Assembly: GCA_016192905.1 (NCBI GenBank)
Contig: JACPTG010000001.1
Span: 357,005-421,004 of the forward strand
Length of the DNA stretch: 64,000 nt
Direction of reading: 5' to 3'
Source of the DNA: Candidatus Woesearchaeota archaeon
Lineage (GTDB): Archaea; Nanobdellota; Nanobdellia; Woesearchaeales; UBA10216
The notes below the pieces were generated by a model. That model saw only the letters and a list, made by a program, of their open reading frames with translations, searched no databases and was not told the origin of the DNA. A program made the position numbers and the translations under genes. This document shows positions 10,042-18,758 of this stretch, piece by piece (the stretch's first letter is position 1; each line of letters starts with the position of its first letter).

Positions 10042-10347
10042 AGGTGCACAAATATTATATAGCCTCAGGCACACAGGCTCACATATGTTCAGAAGGCCTG
10101 CAGCGCTGCCAAAAAATCCGAACGATTGGAAGACGTTTCAGTCCGGACTAAACACTTTTGTTGAGCCAAAGCAAGGTTCTCCATTGCATTCTGCTCCTGC
10201 TGCCAGCTTAAACCTGCCAACACACGCAAAGAACACCTTAAACAGCACGGCAATAGAATGTCCACTTCAAAGTAGTTAAAAGAATAAACTTTATAAATTA
10301 TAGCCCTTACAAAGTAGTAAAATGCCAAGACGCAAGGGTACGGCGAT
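10042..10347. repeat. 306-bp direct repeat copy 2 (5' flank of M23-domain paralog 2)
   Basis: See copy 1. Followed by ~60-nt segment absent from copy 1 that contains the ATG (10407) of paralog 2. Confidence 0.85.
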
Positions 10348-10406
10348 TGGAAGAAAGAGTAGAGGAAGCTTCCGGAACAGCCCGGCACAACCACAAACCA
10401 CACTGG

Positions 10407-11579
10407 ATGAGAGTAGCAGGATACACCCTGCCACTCGCAGCAGGAATAGCCGCACTACTAATCCAAACAAGCCCAGCCGCATCCCAACCAGCACAACCCA
10501 ACCCAAACTACCAGGTCTACTCGCAGCAGGTAGCAACTCCCACCCCCACAGCAACCAGACCGCCAACAAGCCCCATAGGATTCGCATTCTGGCCACTAAG
10601 CAAAAAAGTAAAGCTACCAGACGGAAAAGAAGGAGAACTGACATTCCGAATCACAAGCTATTTAGACAATGACCCGAGCAATGGAATCAGGAGATGGGAT
10701 GGGGCATATGACCCTGACCCGTTGTCTGTAAAGATATACACGTTAGACGGACACAGAGGGACAGACATACAGCCATTAAACGAAACCGGAACTACTGTTT
10801 ACGTGCTGGCATTGACTGATGGGAAAATTATCATAACAGAAGAAGCGACAGGAAATAATGGGTTAGTTATAGAGAACGATAAATGGACAATCCAATATTA
10901 TCATGTTTATAACATCCTAGTAGCCGATGGTGCAGCTGTGACTACCGGGCAAAAAATTGCTGAAATAATAATGGGCTCGGGGAAAGCCTATTTGCATTTA
11001 GGGGCTATTGAAGGAGGAGTTTTTAAACAGAGAGACTACTGGCGTGATGTCACAGGCCAGTCAATCAACACCCAAAGCCTGTGGATAGATGACAACTGCC
11101 CAAGATTCAAAGAAGACATAGACGCAGGAGTATTCTACTGCCTCCAAAGAACATATCCGGAATCATTAGCAACGCCATCAGCAACACCAACCAGCACAAG
11201 CAGCCCCACAGCAACCTACACGCCAACCGGAACACCAACCCCAACACCCAACTTCACAGCCACCCCCTCACCAACAGGCACGCCAACAGCAACCCCACAG
11301 CCAACAGCAACCACCACACCCACCAGCACCCCAACACCTCCACCAACAAACACACCAACAGGAACACCAACACCTCCACCAACAAACACCGCAACAGCAA
11401 CCCCAACACCCGCCCAAGGAACACCCGTAGCAATAGTATGCGAACAAAGCAAAGGCGGAAGAGTTGTGCAAAATGCGGCCACAGGCCAACAGACCTGCGT
11501 ATATACCCAAGGTGTGCCAGTTTTGTTGAACAGCTACACAACAGGAAACCACCAGAACATAGCCATAACATTACGCTGA
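10407..11579 (+). CDS. M23-like peptidase-domain paralog with degenerate HxH motif, N-terminal signal anchor, Thr/Pro linker, C-terminal Cys domain
   Basis: [20 protein letters not shown] hydrophobic N-terminus. HRGTD (HxxxD) present but HxH replaced by YLH (KAYLHLG). Same TP linker and C-terminal [23 protein letters not shown] domain as paralog 1. Confidence 0.7.
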   Translation: MRVAGYTLPLAAGIAALLIQTSPAASQPAQPNPNYQVYSQQVATPTPTATRPPTSPIGFAFWPLSKKVKLPDGKEGELTFRITSYLDNDPSNGIRRWDGAYDPDPLSVKIYTLDGHRGTDIQPLNETGTTVYVLALTDGKIIITEEATGNNGLVIENDKWTIQYYHVYNILVADGAAVTTGQKIAEIIMGSGKAYLHLGAIEGGVFKQRDYWRDVTGQSINTQSLWIDDNCPRFKEDIDAGVFYCLQRTYPESLATPSATPTSTSSPTATYTPTGTPTPTPNFTATPSPTGTPTATPQPTATTTPTSTPTPPPTNTPTGTPTPPPTNTATATPTPAQGTPVAIVCEQSKGGRVVQNAATGQQTCVYTQGVPVLLNSYTTGNHQNIAITLR

Positions 11580-11686
11580 CCTCAGTTAAATCTCACACAA
11601 ACACGTCAGTTGCAATGACAATGCTTAAATAATAGTATGCGTTTCCAGTGCACAATTTAAGCATAAAATGTGCATTTGCAATTAAC

Positions 11687-12973
11687 ATGGAAAAAAGCAG
11701 AGTGAAGAAGGCAGTCATAGACCAAAAAGAGGAGATAGAGCTGCTGTCTTCAAGAGTAAGGCTCATTGAAAGAAGCTGCTTTGAAAAATACAAAGCCTAC
11801 GCAGCATCAACGCAGATTAAAGTGATAATGGGGGTGAGAAGAAGCGGCAAATCAATTCTCGCCTACCAGCTGCTGAAAGACAAGCGGTTTGCATACATAA
11901 ATCTTGATGATGAAAAACTTGCAAATATTTCTGCAGATGACTTAAATGACGTTCTTGAAGCATGTTATGAAGTGTATGGGGATTTCAAGCATTTACTGCT
12001 TGATGAGATACAGAATATTCCCGGCTGGGAATTGTTTGTCAATAGGCTGCAAAGACAGGGATTTAACATCATTGTTACAGGAAGCAACGCCAATCTTCTG
12101 GGCAGAGAATTATCGACACACCTTACAGGAAGGCACATTGCCCTGGAACTCTTCCCATTTTCCTTCAAGGAATTCGCAATATACCATGGGACTGAGCTGA
12201 AGGCGCCTGATTTACTGTCCACAAAAGAGAGGGGGCTTATGAAAAAAAAGCTTGAAGAATACATGTTTACAGGAGGGTTTCCCGAAGTTGTCAGGGAGCC
12301 TGAAAGCAAAAAAGCATATCTCCAATCCCTGTATTCCGATATACTGAACAAAGACATAATAGTTCGCCATAAAATAAGGTTTTCAAAAACTTTCAAAGAG
12401 ATAGCGAACAGCCTCATGTCCAATGCCGCATCGCATGTAAGCTTTAACAAGCTAAAAAACAGCTTTAACCTAAAAAGCGCGCACACTGCCTCAAACTACA
12501 TGTCCTTCCTGGAAGAATCCTTTTTGTTCTTTTTAGTCCCCCGTTTTTCATTCAAGGCCAAGGAAAGGGCGATTGCAAGCAGAAAAATATATTCCATTGA
12601 CACCGGGATTATGGATACCCTGAGCGTAAATTTCTCGCCGAATATTGGAAAGATATACGAGAACATGGTTTTCCTGGAACTGGCCAGGAGAAGCTCCATG
12701 GGGCAATCTGAAATATACTATTGGCAGGACGCATACCAGAATGAAGTTGATTTTGTGGTGAAAGAAGGCAGGGAAATAAAGGAGCTCATCCAGGTATGCT
12801 ATGATGCGGGCAATTATGACACCAAAAAAAGGGAAGTGACTGCGCTGCTTAAATCAGCAAAGGAGCTAAAGTGCGGAAAATTGACTGTGATAACCAACGA
12901 TTACGAGGCTGAGGAAGCAGCAGATGGCGGAAAGGTCAAATTCGTGCCATTATGGAAATGGCTTCTGGAATGA
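11687..12973 (+). CDS. AAA family ATPase (AAA_14 + DUF4143-type architecture)
   Basis: Walker A GVRRSGKS, Walker B LLLDEIQ, C-terminal DUF4143-like region. AT-rich relative to neighbours. Leaderless: TATA-like element ~25 nt upstream of ATG at 11687 (tool start 11648 is GTG inside promoter). Confidence 0.75.
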   Translation: MEKSRVKKAVIDQKEEIELLSSRVRLIERSCFEKYKAYAASTQIKVIMGVRRSGKSILAYQLLKDKRFAYINLDDEKLANISADDLNDVLEACYEVYGDFKHLLLDEIQNIPGWELFVNRLQRQGFNIIVTGSNANLLGRELSTHLTGRHIALELFPFSFKEFAIYHGTELKAPDLLSTKERGLMKKKLEEYMFTGGFPEVVREPESKKAYLQSLYSDILNKDIIVRHKIRFSKTFKEIANSLMSNAASHVSFNKLKNSFNLKSAHTASNYMSFLEESFLFFLVPRFSFKAKERAIASRKIYSIDTGIMDTLSVNFSPNIGKIYENMVFLELARRSSMGQSEIYYWQDAYQNEVDFVVKEGREIKELIQVCYDAGNYDTKKREVTALLKSAKELKCGKLTVITNDYEAEEAADGGKVKFVPLWKWLLE

Positions 12974-12993
12974 CTGCAATTTCAAACGGTGAT

Positions 12994-13012
12994 GTGCACA
13001 AAAAATATAATA
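12994..13012 (+). promoter_or_regulatory. GTGCAC + A/T-rich TATA-like box upstream of TP-rich gene
   Basis: gtgcacaaaaaatataata ~22 nt upstream of GTG start at 13034. Confidence 0.35.
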
Positions 13013-13033
13013 GGCCATTGAAAGCTATACAGC

Positions 13034-14302
13034 GTGGCGCTTGATTACATAGTAAGGCGTGCAGGAAGGATAGCTGCAATAGTAGGAATAGCGGCTGCTG
13101 TTGGCTACTGCCAGATTGCCTCGCCAACACAAATTCCATCGCCAACATACACCAAGCCCGCCTTCTCCAACGACCTCAGCAGCAGACTTTACTTGCCTGC
13201 TGTAATGAACAACCAGGCGCCTGAAAAACGGTTGGACTACAAGTGGTACCTTTACGTAATACTCAACGGGGACATGTCCATCAAACCGACGCACACTCCA
13301 TCAGCAACAGCCACCTCTGGAACCACTCCCACTATAACAGCCACAGCAATTACTGCTCCCACCCTGACTGCCACCCCGGGACTAACGCCAACCGCCACCT
13401 CTGCCGCAGCAACAATGATAGCAGCAACACTCACAGCCACTGCAGCGCTAACACCAGCAGGCTACCTAACTTCAACACCCACGCAATACGCCATAATCAT
13501 ACCTACTGCATCATCAACATCATCACCCCTGGCATTACTGACCGGAACACCAACAAACACGGCAATAATCTACTTCACACAAACACCAACAGGAACAAGC
13601 ACAGGAACACCAACCTGGACACCCACAACCATAAACACACCAACAGGAACAGCAATAATATGGACACCAACAGCAACCGCCACCCCAATATGGACAGGAA
13701 CACCAACCTGGACACCCACAACCATAAACACACCAACAGGAACAGCAATCATACTGACACCAACCAACACACCCATACCTGCACCAACAGCAACAAGCAC
13801 AGCAACAGAAACTGCTACCTCGCCACCAACCCTAACAGTAACACCACAGCCAACCTACACGCCTCTGCCTACCGCGACCAACACAGCAACCTACACGCCA
13901 GTACCAACAGCAACATGGACCCCTACGAACACGGCAACACAAACATGGACGCCCACAGAGACAGCCACCTACACTCCCATCCCCACACCAACTGGAACAC
14001 CAACAAACACTACAACAGCAACCCCAACATGGACACCAACACCAACCAGCACAAGCAGCCCAACAGGAACACCAACAGGCACGCCTGTACCCACAGCCAG
14101 CTTTACCCCTGTACCGCCAACATCAACCAGCACAGCCAGCGCAACTCCCACCAGTACCCTAACACCAACACCCACAACAACAAGCAGCCCAACCCCAACA
14201 GAAATATTCATTCTGCCGCCGAGCTCGATATTCACAAGTTACCTGAACGCTGCGCTGAGGATAAACGATATCACCTGGCTGATTTATGATGTCAGATGGT
14301 GA
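13034..14302 (+). CDS. Thr/Pro-rich low-complexity (mucin-like) membrane-anchored protein
   Basis: GTG start, N-terminal hydrophobic segment IAAIVGIAAAVGY, then ~350 aa of TPT/TAT repeats using same codon pattern as M23 linkers. Internal 93-bp direct repeat (13607-13655 / 13700-13748). Confidence 0.5.
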   Translation: MALDYIVRRAGRIAAIVGIAAAVGYCQIASPTQIPSPTYTKPAFSNDLSSRLYLPAVMNNQAPEKRLDYKWYLYVILNGDMSIKPTHTPSATATSGTTPTITATAITAPTLTATPGLTPTATSAAATMIAATLTATAALTPAGYLTSTPTQYAIIIPTASSTSSPLALLTGTPTNTAIIYFTQTPTGTSTGTPTWTPTTINTPTGTAIIWTPTATATPIWTGTPTWTPTTINTPTGTAIILTPTNTPIPAPTATSTATETATSPPTLTVTPQPTYTPLPTATNTATYTPVPTATWTPTNTATQTWTPTETATYTPIPTPTGTPTNTTTATPTWTPTPTSTSSPTGTPTGTPVPTASFTPVPPTSTSTASATPTSTLTPTPTTTSSPTPTEIFILPPSSIFTSYLNAALRINDITWLIYDVRW

Positions 14303-14344
14303 GCGGCAGATTTATATAAGAAACAGGGGTAGCCGTTGGCTGCC

Positions 14345-14447
14345 GGGGCTGTGGTGTAACTTGGCTATCACACAAGGTTTGGGACACAAATTGGGAACAA
14401 TTGTGTCAGAAGACCTTGTGATCGGGGTTCAAATCCTCGCAGCCCCA
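14345..14447 (+). tRNA. tRNA-Pro (anticodon UGG) with ~30-nt intron in anticodon loop
   Basis: Acceptor GGGGCTG/CAGCCCC. T-arm CGGGG-TTCAAAT-CCTCG. Anticodon stem CAAGG..CCTTG with loop TTTGGG[intron containing GACACAA..TTGTGTC helix]A. Discriminator A. Confidence 0.6.
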
Positions 14448-14617
14448 TTAAAATACCCTTCTCGCAGTCTTCAATGCCTGGGTTACGTCGTCCCTTTCAA
14501 GGTTAAGGGAAACCCTGCTACCCCTAAGCAGATCAATAAACTCACTTAAGACTTCTGAACGGGTCTCATTCAGGACCTTTCCGAAAAGATTCAGTCTTTT
14601 TTTTTAAAAGATTACGG

Positions 14618-14633
14618 AATCCTCGCAGCCCCA
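14618..14633 (+). repeat. Direct repeat of tRNA-Pro 3' end (att-like)
   Basis: aatcctcgcagcccca matches tRNA 3' end (14432-14447). 171 nt downstream of tRNA. Confidence 0.55.
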
Positions 14634-14725
14634 CCTGTTTTTCGTTTGCAGGATTGGGCTTAGCCAAATTACCGCAATTTACGATAAAAGGAAAAATTTT
14701 TATAGTTATCCACTATTAATCCGCT

Positions 14726-14968
14726 ATGACAACTACTTTGACATTGAAGTTTAAAGGGGTCGAGGCAAAAGCCCTTGATGACATGATAAAGGCAGGTCTG
14801 TTCAACAGCAAGTCAGAGGCGATCAGGGCTGCCCTGGTAAAATACAGCACGGACATGGGGCTTATCAGCAGGGAAAAACTGTGGGAAGAGATAGGCAGAT
14901 ATCCAAGAAGAGGTGTCAGCGAACGCCAGCTCTCCAAAGACCTGGAAGAGATAGGGAATGAAGTATAA
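14726..14968 (+). CDS. Ribbon-helix-helix (CopG/VapB-like) antitoxin
   Basis: 80 aa, SKSEAIRAALVKY RHH signature. Overlaps downstream PIN gene by 11 nt. Confidence 0.65.
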   Translation: MTTTLTLKFKGVEAKALDDMIKAGLFNSKSEAIRAALVKYSTDMGLISREKLWEEIGRYPRRGVSERQLSKDLEEIGNEV

Positions 14969-15383
14969 AGCCTTTCTGGATACCGCAGTTTTTATCTATT
15001 CCTTTGAATTTCCTGATTCCAATAGCAATACCGTGTTATGGCTTGTTAACAAGGGAATTCTAGAGGCAATTATCTCTGAAAGGGTATTCCTTGAATGCAT
15101 AAGATACTTTGAAAAACATCATACAGCCAAGCTTGCAAAGATTTTCAGGAAATATCTTCTTGAGAGTTGCGTGATAATTCCCAGCCAGCAAGTATCCGAT
15201 GAAATGACCTGGCTTAAAGGAAGAATAAAAGACAAGGATCTGGAACAGCTTGCAACTGTCAGGCGTCTCGGACTCAAATTTCTGATATCATACGACAGGG
15301 ATTTCCTTGAAATAAAAGAATATGCGACGCCAAAAAGATTCCTTATGGAAATAGGGGTAAAAGCGAAAGAGACCGAATACTGA
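14958..15383 (+). CDS. PIN-domain nuclease (VapC-like toxin)
   Basis: 141 aa. Conserved acidic residues (LDTAVFIY.., ..SYDRDF..). Paired with upstream RHH. Confidence 0.7.
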   Translation: MKYKAFLDTAVFIYSFEFPDSNSNTVLWLVNKGILEAIISERVFLECIRYFEKHHTAKLAKIFRKYLLESCVIIPSQQVSDEMTWLKGRIKDKDLEQLATVRRLGLKFLISYDRDFLEIKEYATPKRFLMEIGVKAKETEY

Positions 15384-15384
15384 G

Positions 15385-15400
15385 CTTCTCGCAGCCCCAT
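15385..15400 (+). repeat. Second direct repeat of tRNA-Pro 3' end (att-like)
   Basis: cttctcgcagccccat(tt) matches tRNA 3' end and following tt. Immediately downstream of vapC stop. Confidence 0.55.
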
Positions 15401-15439
15401 TTAATTAACTTTATAAACAACCGTAATAAACCCTCCGCT

Positions 15440-15685
15440 ATGGCGACCCTCACAAAATACCCGTCCGTAAAGAGGTTTGGGGTAAGGTATGGAAGGCGCG
15501 TCAAGGAGACATTTGGAAAAATTGAAAAGGCAGGAAGGGAAACTTCACTGTGCCCCCTGTGCAGGAGGACGAGAATGAAAAGGCTGGCCGCAGGGATATG
15601 GAGCTGCAAAAAGTGCAACGTCAAAATGGCTGGCGGGGCGTACAGCGTGACAAAGATGGCGAAGGAAACCGCAGAGGCTGAATAA
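15440..15685 (+). CDS. rpl37ae: 50S ribosomal protein L37Ae (eL43)
   Basis: C4 zinc ribbon CPLC..CKKC. Typical length and basic composition. Confidence 0.9.
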   Translation: MATLTKYPSVKRFGVRYGRRVKETFGKIEKAGRETSLCPLCRRTRMKRLAAGIWSCKKCNVKMAGGAYSVTKMAKETAEAE

Positions 15686-15822
15686 TGGTGGAATACAAGT
15701 GCTTTTACTGCAACAAGAAAGTTGCGACAGACTACCTGCGCAAGAAGGTAAGGTGCCCATACTGCGGAAGCAAGATACTGTTCAAGCCAAGGCGGACAAT
15801 CACCAAGATAAAGGCAAGATAG
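15685..15822 (+). CDS. rpoP: DNA-directed RNA polymerase subunit P (Rpo12/RpoP)
   Basis: 45 aa MVEYKCFYCNKK..CPYCGSKILFKPR zinc ribbon. TAATG overlap with L37ae stop. Not in ORF track (too short). Confidence 0.8.
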   Translation: MVEYKCFYCNKKVATDYLRKKVRCPYCGSKILFKPRRTITKIKAR

Positions 15823-15826
15823 GGCG

Positions 15827-16048
15827 ATGAAATACGAAGCAACCATTAAAACCACGGATGAGGCTGAGCTCATCTTCAAGGCCTTTGAGCCTGAAGGAAT
15901 GAAGTCGGACAGGTCCAGCTACCAGGTTTCGATGGAAGGGGACTCAGTCCTTTTCAGGATTTCTGCGGCAGACGCCACAGCCCTCAGGGCGGCGCTAAGC
16001 TCAATAAGCAAGGCGCTGGCTGTAATTGAAAAGACAGGAGAAATCTGA
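15827..16048 (+). CDS. pcc1: KEOPS complex subunit Pcc1
   Basis: 73 aa. ..ADATALRAALSSISKAL.. motif. Conserved position between rpoP and prefoldin beta. Confidence 0.65.
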   Translation: MKYEATIKTTDEAELIFKAFEPEGMKSDRSSYQVSMEGDSVLFRISAADATALRAALSSISKALAVIEKTGEI

Positions 16049-16050
16049 AA

Positions 16051-16383
16051 ATGGCAATCCCAAAGGAAGCTGAGGAAAAACTGCAGCAGCTCCAGCTATT
16101 CGAGCAGAACCTGCAGAACTTCATGATGCAAAAACAAGCCCTCCAGATGCAGCTTGTAGAGGCAGAATCAGCACTTGAAGAGCTGAAGGACGCCAGCACA
16201 GCCTACAGGATAATAGGAAACATAATGGTGAAGGCTGAAAAGGAGGAGCTCACCAGCGAGCTTGCCTCAAAGAAGGAGACAACAGAGCTAAGGATAAAGG
16301 CGATAGAAAAACAGGAAGCCATGCTCAGGGAAAGGGCAACGAAGCTTCAGCAGGAAGTCCTGGGAGCATTGAAAGATGAGTGA
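16051..16383 (+). CDS. pfdB: Prefoldin beta subunit
   Basis: 110 aa coiled-coil. EEKLQQLQLFEQNLQNF..QKQALQMQLVEAESALEEL characteristic. Confidence 0.85.
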   Translation: MAIPKEAEEKLQQLQLFEQNLQNFMMQKQALQMQLVEAESALEELKDASTAYRIIGNIMVKAEKEELTSELASKKETTELRIKAIEKQEAMLRERATKLQQEVLGALKDE

Positions 16384-16615
16384 CGTAAATGAGATAATAA
16401 CCGCGCTCTCTGAACTTGAGCAGGACAACACAGTGCCAAGAAACATAAAGGACCGGGTGCAAAGGACAATAACCGCGCTGAACGGAAACGGCGAAATGTC
16501 AATGAAAATAGACAAGGCACTCCAGGAACTTGACGAAGTAGCAGACGACATAAACCTCCAGGCCTACACAAGAACGCAGATATGGAACATAGTCAGCATG
16601 CTGGAGAAGCTTTAG
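16376..16615 (+). CDS. UPF0147 family conserved archaeal protein
   Basis: 79 aa. ..VPRNIKDRVQ..TQIWNIVSMLE pattern typical of UPF0147. 8-nt overlap with pfdB. Confidence 0.6.
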   Translation: MSDVNEIITALSELEQDNTVPRNIKDRVQRTITALNGNGEMSMKIDKALQELDEVADDINLQAYTRTQIWNIVSMLEKL

Positions 16616-16729
16616 ATGCGAGCGAGTTTCAAATTCTACTAGTAGCAGGCTGTGGCTACCTTAGATTCGGCAGCCCCTTTCGGGAGAATCGTATGTGCAC
16701 TGTACAGCTTCGTGCACGCATTAGCACGT

Positions 16730-17308
16730 TCACTTGTGCCCTGCATTTTCCTTTGAGCGCCTCTTCCTGACCAGGACAACCCTGCTCATCACAAAAGTGT
16801 TCGGGACAAAGATAACGTCGCCCTGCCTGTTGTGAATCCTTGTATCAACGAGATTGACTGAAGAAACCACGCCCTCCAGGTCGCCAATCCTGACATGGTC
16901 GCCCTCCCTCAAGTGGGCAGCCTGGTGAATAACAACGCCCGCAAAAACGTTCGGGATGAAATCCTTAAGGAAAAGAAGCATAGAAATCAGGATGATAACA
17001 ACAAGCAGCGCAGAGGCAAGGTCAAACAGGATTCCCCTCAGGCGCAGAGTATCAAGAGCGATGACGATGGCAAGGAAGTATATGAAAAACTGGGAGAGGT
17101 AGCCAAGAATCTCATCAGCAGGGATGCTAAGCCTGGTAATGTTATGCACCAGCCTGTTGAACTCCAGCTCATCAAGCACCCTGCTGACAAGCTTGCCCAC
17201 CAGCCGGCCTCCAATAAAGCCTATAAGCACCACAATGGCCGCAACAACAATGTTGTTAAGCACGGCAGACAAAATCTGCCAAGCGCTTTCCAATACCGCC
17301 GATGCCAT
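16730..17308 (-). CDS. Small-conductance mechanosensitive channel (MscS family)
   Basis: TM helices followed by GDHVRIGDLEGVVSSVNLVDTRIHNRQGDVIFVPNTFVMS beta-domain signature. Confidence 0.7.
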   Translation of the reverse strand: MASAVLESAWQILSAVLNNIVVAAIVVLIGFIGGRLVGKLVSRVLDELEFNRLVHNITRLSIPADEILGYLSQFFIYFLAIVIALDTLRLRGILFDLASALLVVIILISMLLFLKDFIPNVFAGVVIHQAAHLREGDHVRIGDLEGVVSSVNLVDTRIHNRQGDVIFVPNTFVMSRVVLVRKRRSKENAGHK

Positions 17309-17417
17309 TGCATGAAAGGCAGACTGAATGTTTATAAAGGTTTTTGCCGCGTCCTGGACCTGCGGACGAAAGATATATAAGTAGGAAAGTAAGACTGTTT
17401 TACCGAGGTGGTGTGAG

Positions 17418-17666
17418 ATGGAAGAAGCCGGAGTTCAGGTAACAACAGCATCGCTCAAAGGACAGGTAGTTATTCCGCAGGAAATAAGAGAGCGCATGAG
17501 GATAGACCCGGGCACGAAATTTGCAGTGTACGGGAGGGGGGATACCATCATCTTCAAGAAAATAGAAGTCCCGACCGTAAAGGACTTTGAAAGGCTTGCA
17601 AGGTTTGGAAGAGCATTCGCCAAGCGAAGGGGAATCAGAGAAAGCGATGTGCTCCAAAATGATTAA
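17418..17666 (+). CDS. AbrB/SpoVT (MazE-like swapped-hairpin) family DNA-binding protein
   Basis: 82 aa. LKGQVVIPQEIRERMRIDPGTKF motif. Confidence 0.55.
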   Translation: MEEAGVQVTTASLKGQVVIPQEIRERMRIDPGTKFAVYGRGDTIIFKKIEVPTVKDFERLARFGRAFAKRRGIRESDVLQND

Positions 17667-17669
17667 GAA

Positions 17670-18758
17670 ATGGTAGAATACCTTGACCAGATAAAGGAGA
17701 TTGAGGAAGAGATAAAGAAGACACAGTACAACAAGGCAACGCAGCACCACATAGGCCTGCTCAAGGCAAAGATAGCCGTGCTCAGGCAGAAGCAGGAAGC
17801 GAGAAGCAAGAAGTCGCCGGGAGAAGGGTTCGCGGTAAGGAAAAGCGGCGACGCATCAGCAGTCCTTGTAGGCTTCCCATCAGTCGGAAAATCAACACTC
17901 CTCAACAGGCTCACCAACGCAGAGTCAAGGACAGCGGCCTACGCCTTCACAACACTCACATGCATACCAGGAATCCTGAACTACAAATCCGCAAAAATCC
18001 AGATACTCGACATACCCGGAATAATAAAGGGAGCAGCCGGAGGGGCAGGCAAAGGCAGGGAAGTAATAGCAGTCGCAAGAAGCTCAGACCTTGTCATAAT
18101 ATTAGCGGACATATTTGACCTGAAGCAGATAGAGGCGATAAGAAGGGAACTTCATGAGGCCAACATAAGGCTGGACGAGGAGCCGCCAAGAGTTACGATA
18201 AGGCCCACCCCAAGGGGAGGAGTGCAGCTTGCAGCCCTGAAAAAACTCAGCCAACTGGACCAGAAAATGGCAGAAGGAATACTAAAGGAATACAGGATAA
18301 GCAACGCGCAAATCACAGCCAGGGAAGACCTGACTCCTGAACGCCTCATAGACGCGCTCAGCGGAAACAGAACTTACTTACCATCACTCATACTCCTGAA
18401 CAAGGCAGACCTTGTCAGCAGGGAAGATGCTGAAAAGGCGGCAAGCGAAACAGGAGGAATTCCAGTTTCTGCAGAATACAGCGTAAGCCTGGAACAGGTG
18501 AAAGAGGCAATCTACAGGAAGCTGAAATTCATCAGGATACACCTCAAGGAACACGGGAAAAAGGCAGACATGGACGAGCCCCTCATAATGAAAAGCGGGA
18601 CAACAGTGGCAGACCTATGCAGGAAGCTCCACAAGGACTTCATAAGCAGATTCAGGCACGCAAAAATCTGGGGAAGCTCAGCGAAATTCCCAGGCGAAAG
18701 GCACAAGCTCGACCATGTGCTTGCTGACGGCGATGTAATCGAGGTCAGACTGAGGTAA
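17670..18758 (+). CDS. Developmentally regulated GTP-binding protein (DRG/Rbg1, Obg-family) with TGS domain
   Basis: G1 GFPSVGKSTLL, G3/G4 motifs, C-terminal TGS (..ADGDVIEVRLR). Confidence 0.9.
   Translation: MVEYLDQIKEIEEEIKKTQYNKATQHHIGLLKAKIAVLRQKQEARSKKSPGEGFAVRKSGDASAVLVGFPSVGKSTLLNRLTNAESRTAAYAFTTLTCIPGILNYKSAKIQILDIPGIIKGAAGGAGKGREVIAVARSSDLVIILADIFDLKQIEAIRRELHEANIRLDEEPPRVTIRPTPRGGVQLAALKKLSQLDQKMAEGILKEYRISNAQITAREDLTPERLIDALSGNRTYLPSLILLNKADLVSREDAEKAASETGGIPVSAEYSVSLEQVKEAIYRKLKFIRIHLKEHGKKADMDEPLIMKSGTTVADLCRKLHKDFISRFRHAKIWGSSAKFPGERHKLDHVLADGDVIEVRLR

Noticed and set aside
8362-10347. Two ~306-bp near-identical repeats considered as possible CRISPR or IS termini
   Set aside because: Only two copies. 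Each precedes a paralogous gene in the same orientation. No short repeat/spacer periodicity and no transposase, so interpreted as a tandem duplicated regulatory flank.
13243-14289. 348-aa Asn/His-rich ORF overlapping the TP-rich gene (+1 frame)
   Set aside because: Composition artefact of the ACC/ACA/CCA repeat. The Thr/Pro frame matches linkers of neighbouring real genes.
14286-14549. 87-aa ORF across the tRNA-Pro
   Set aside because: Overlaps a well-folded tRNA. No coding signal.
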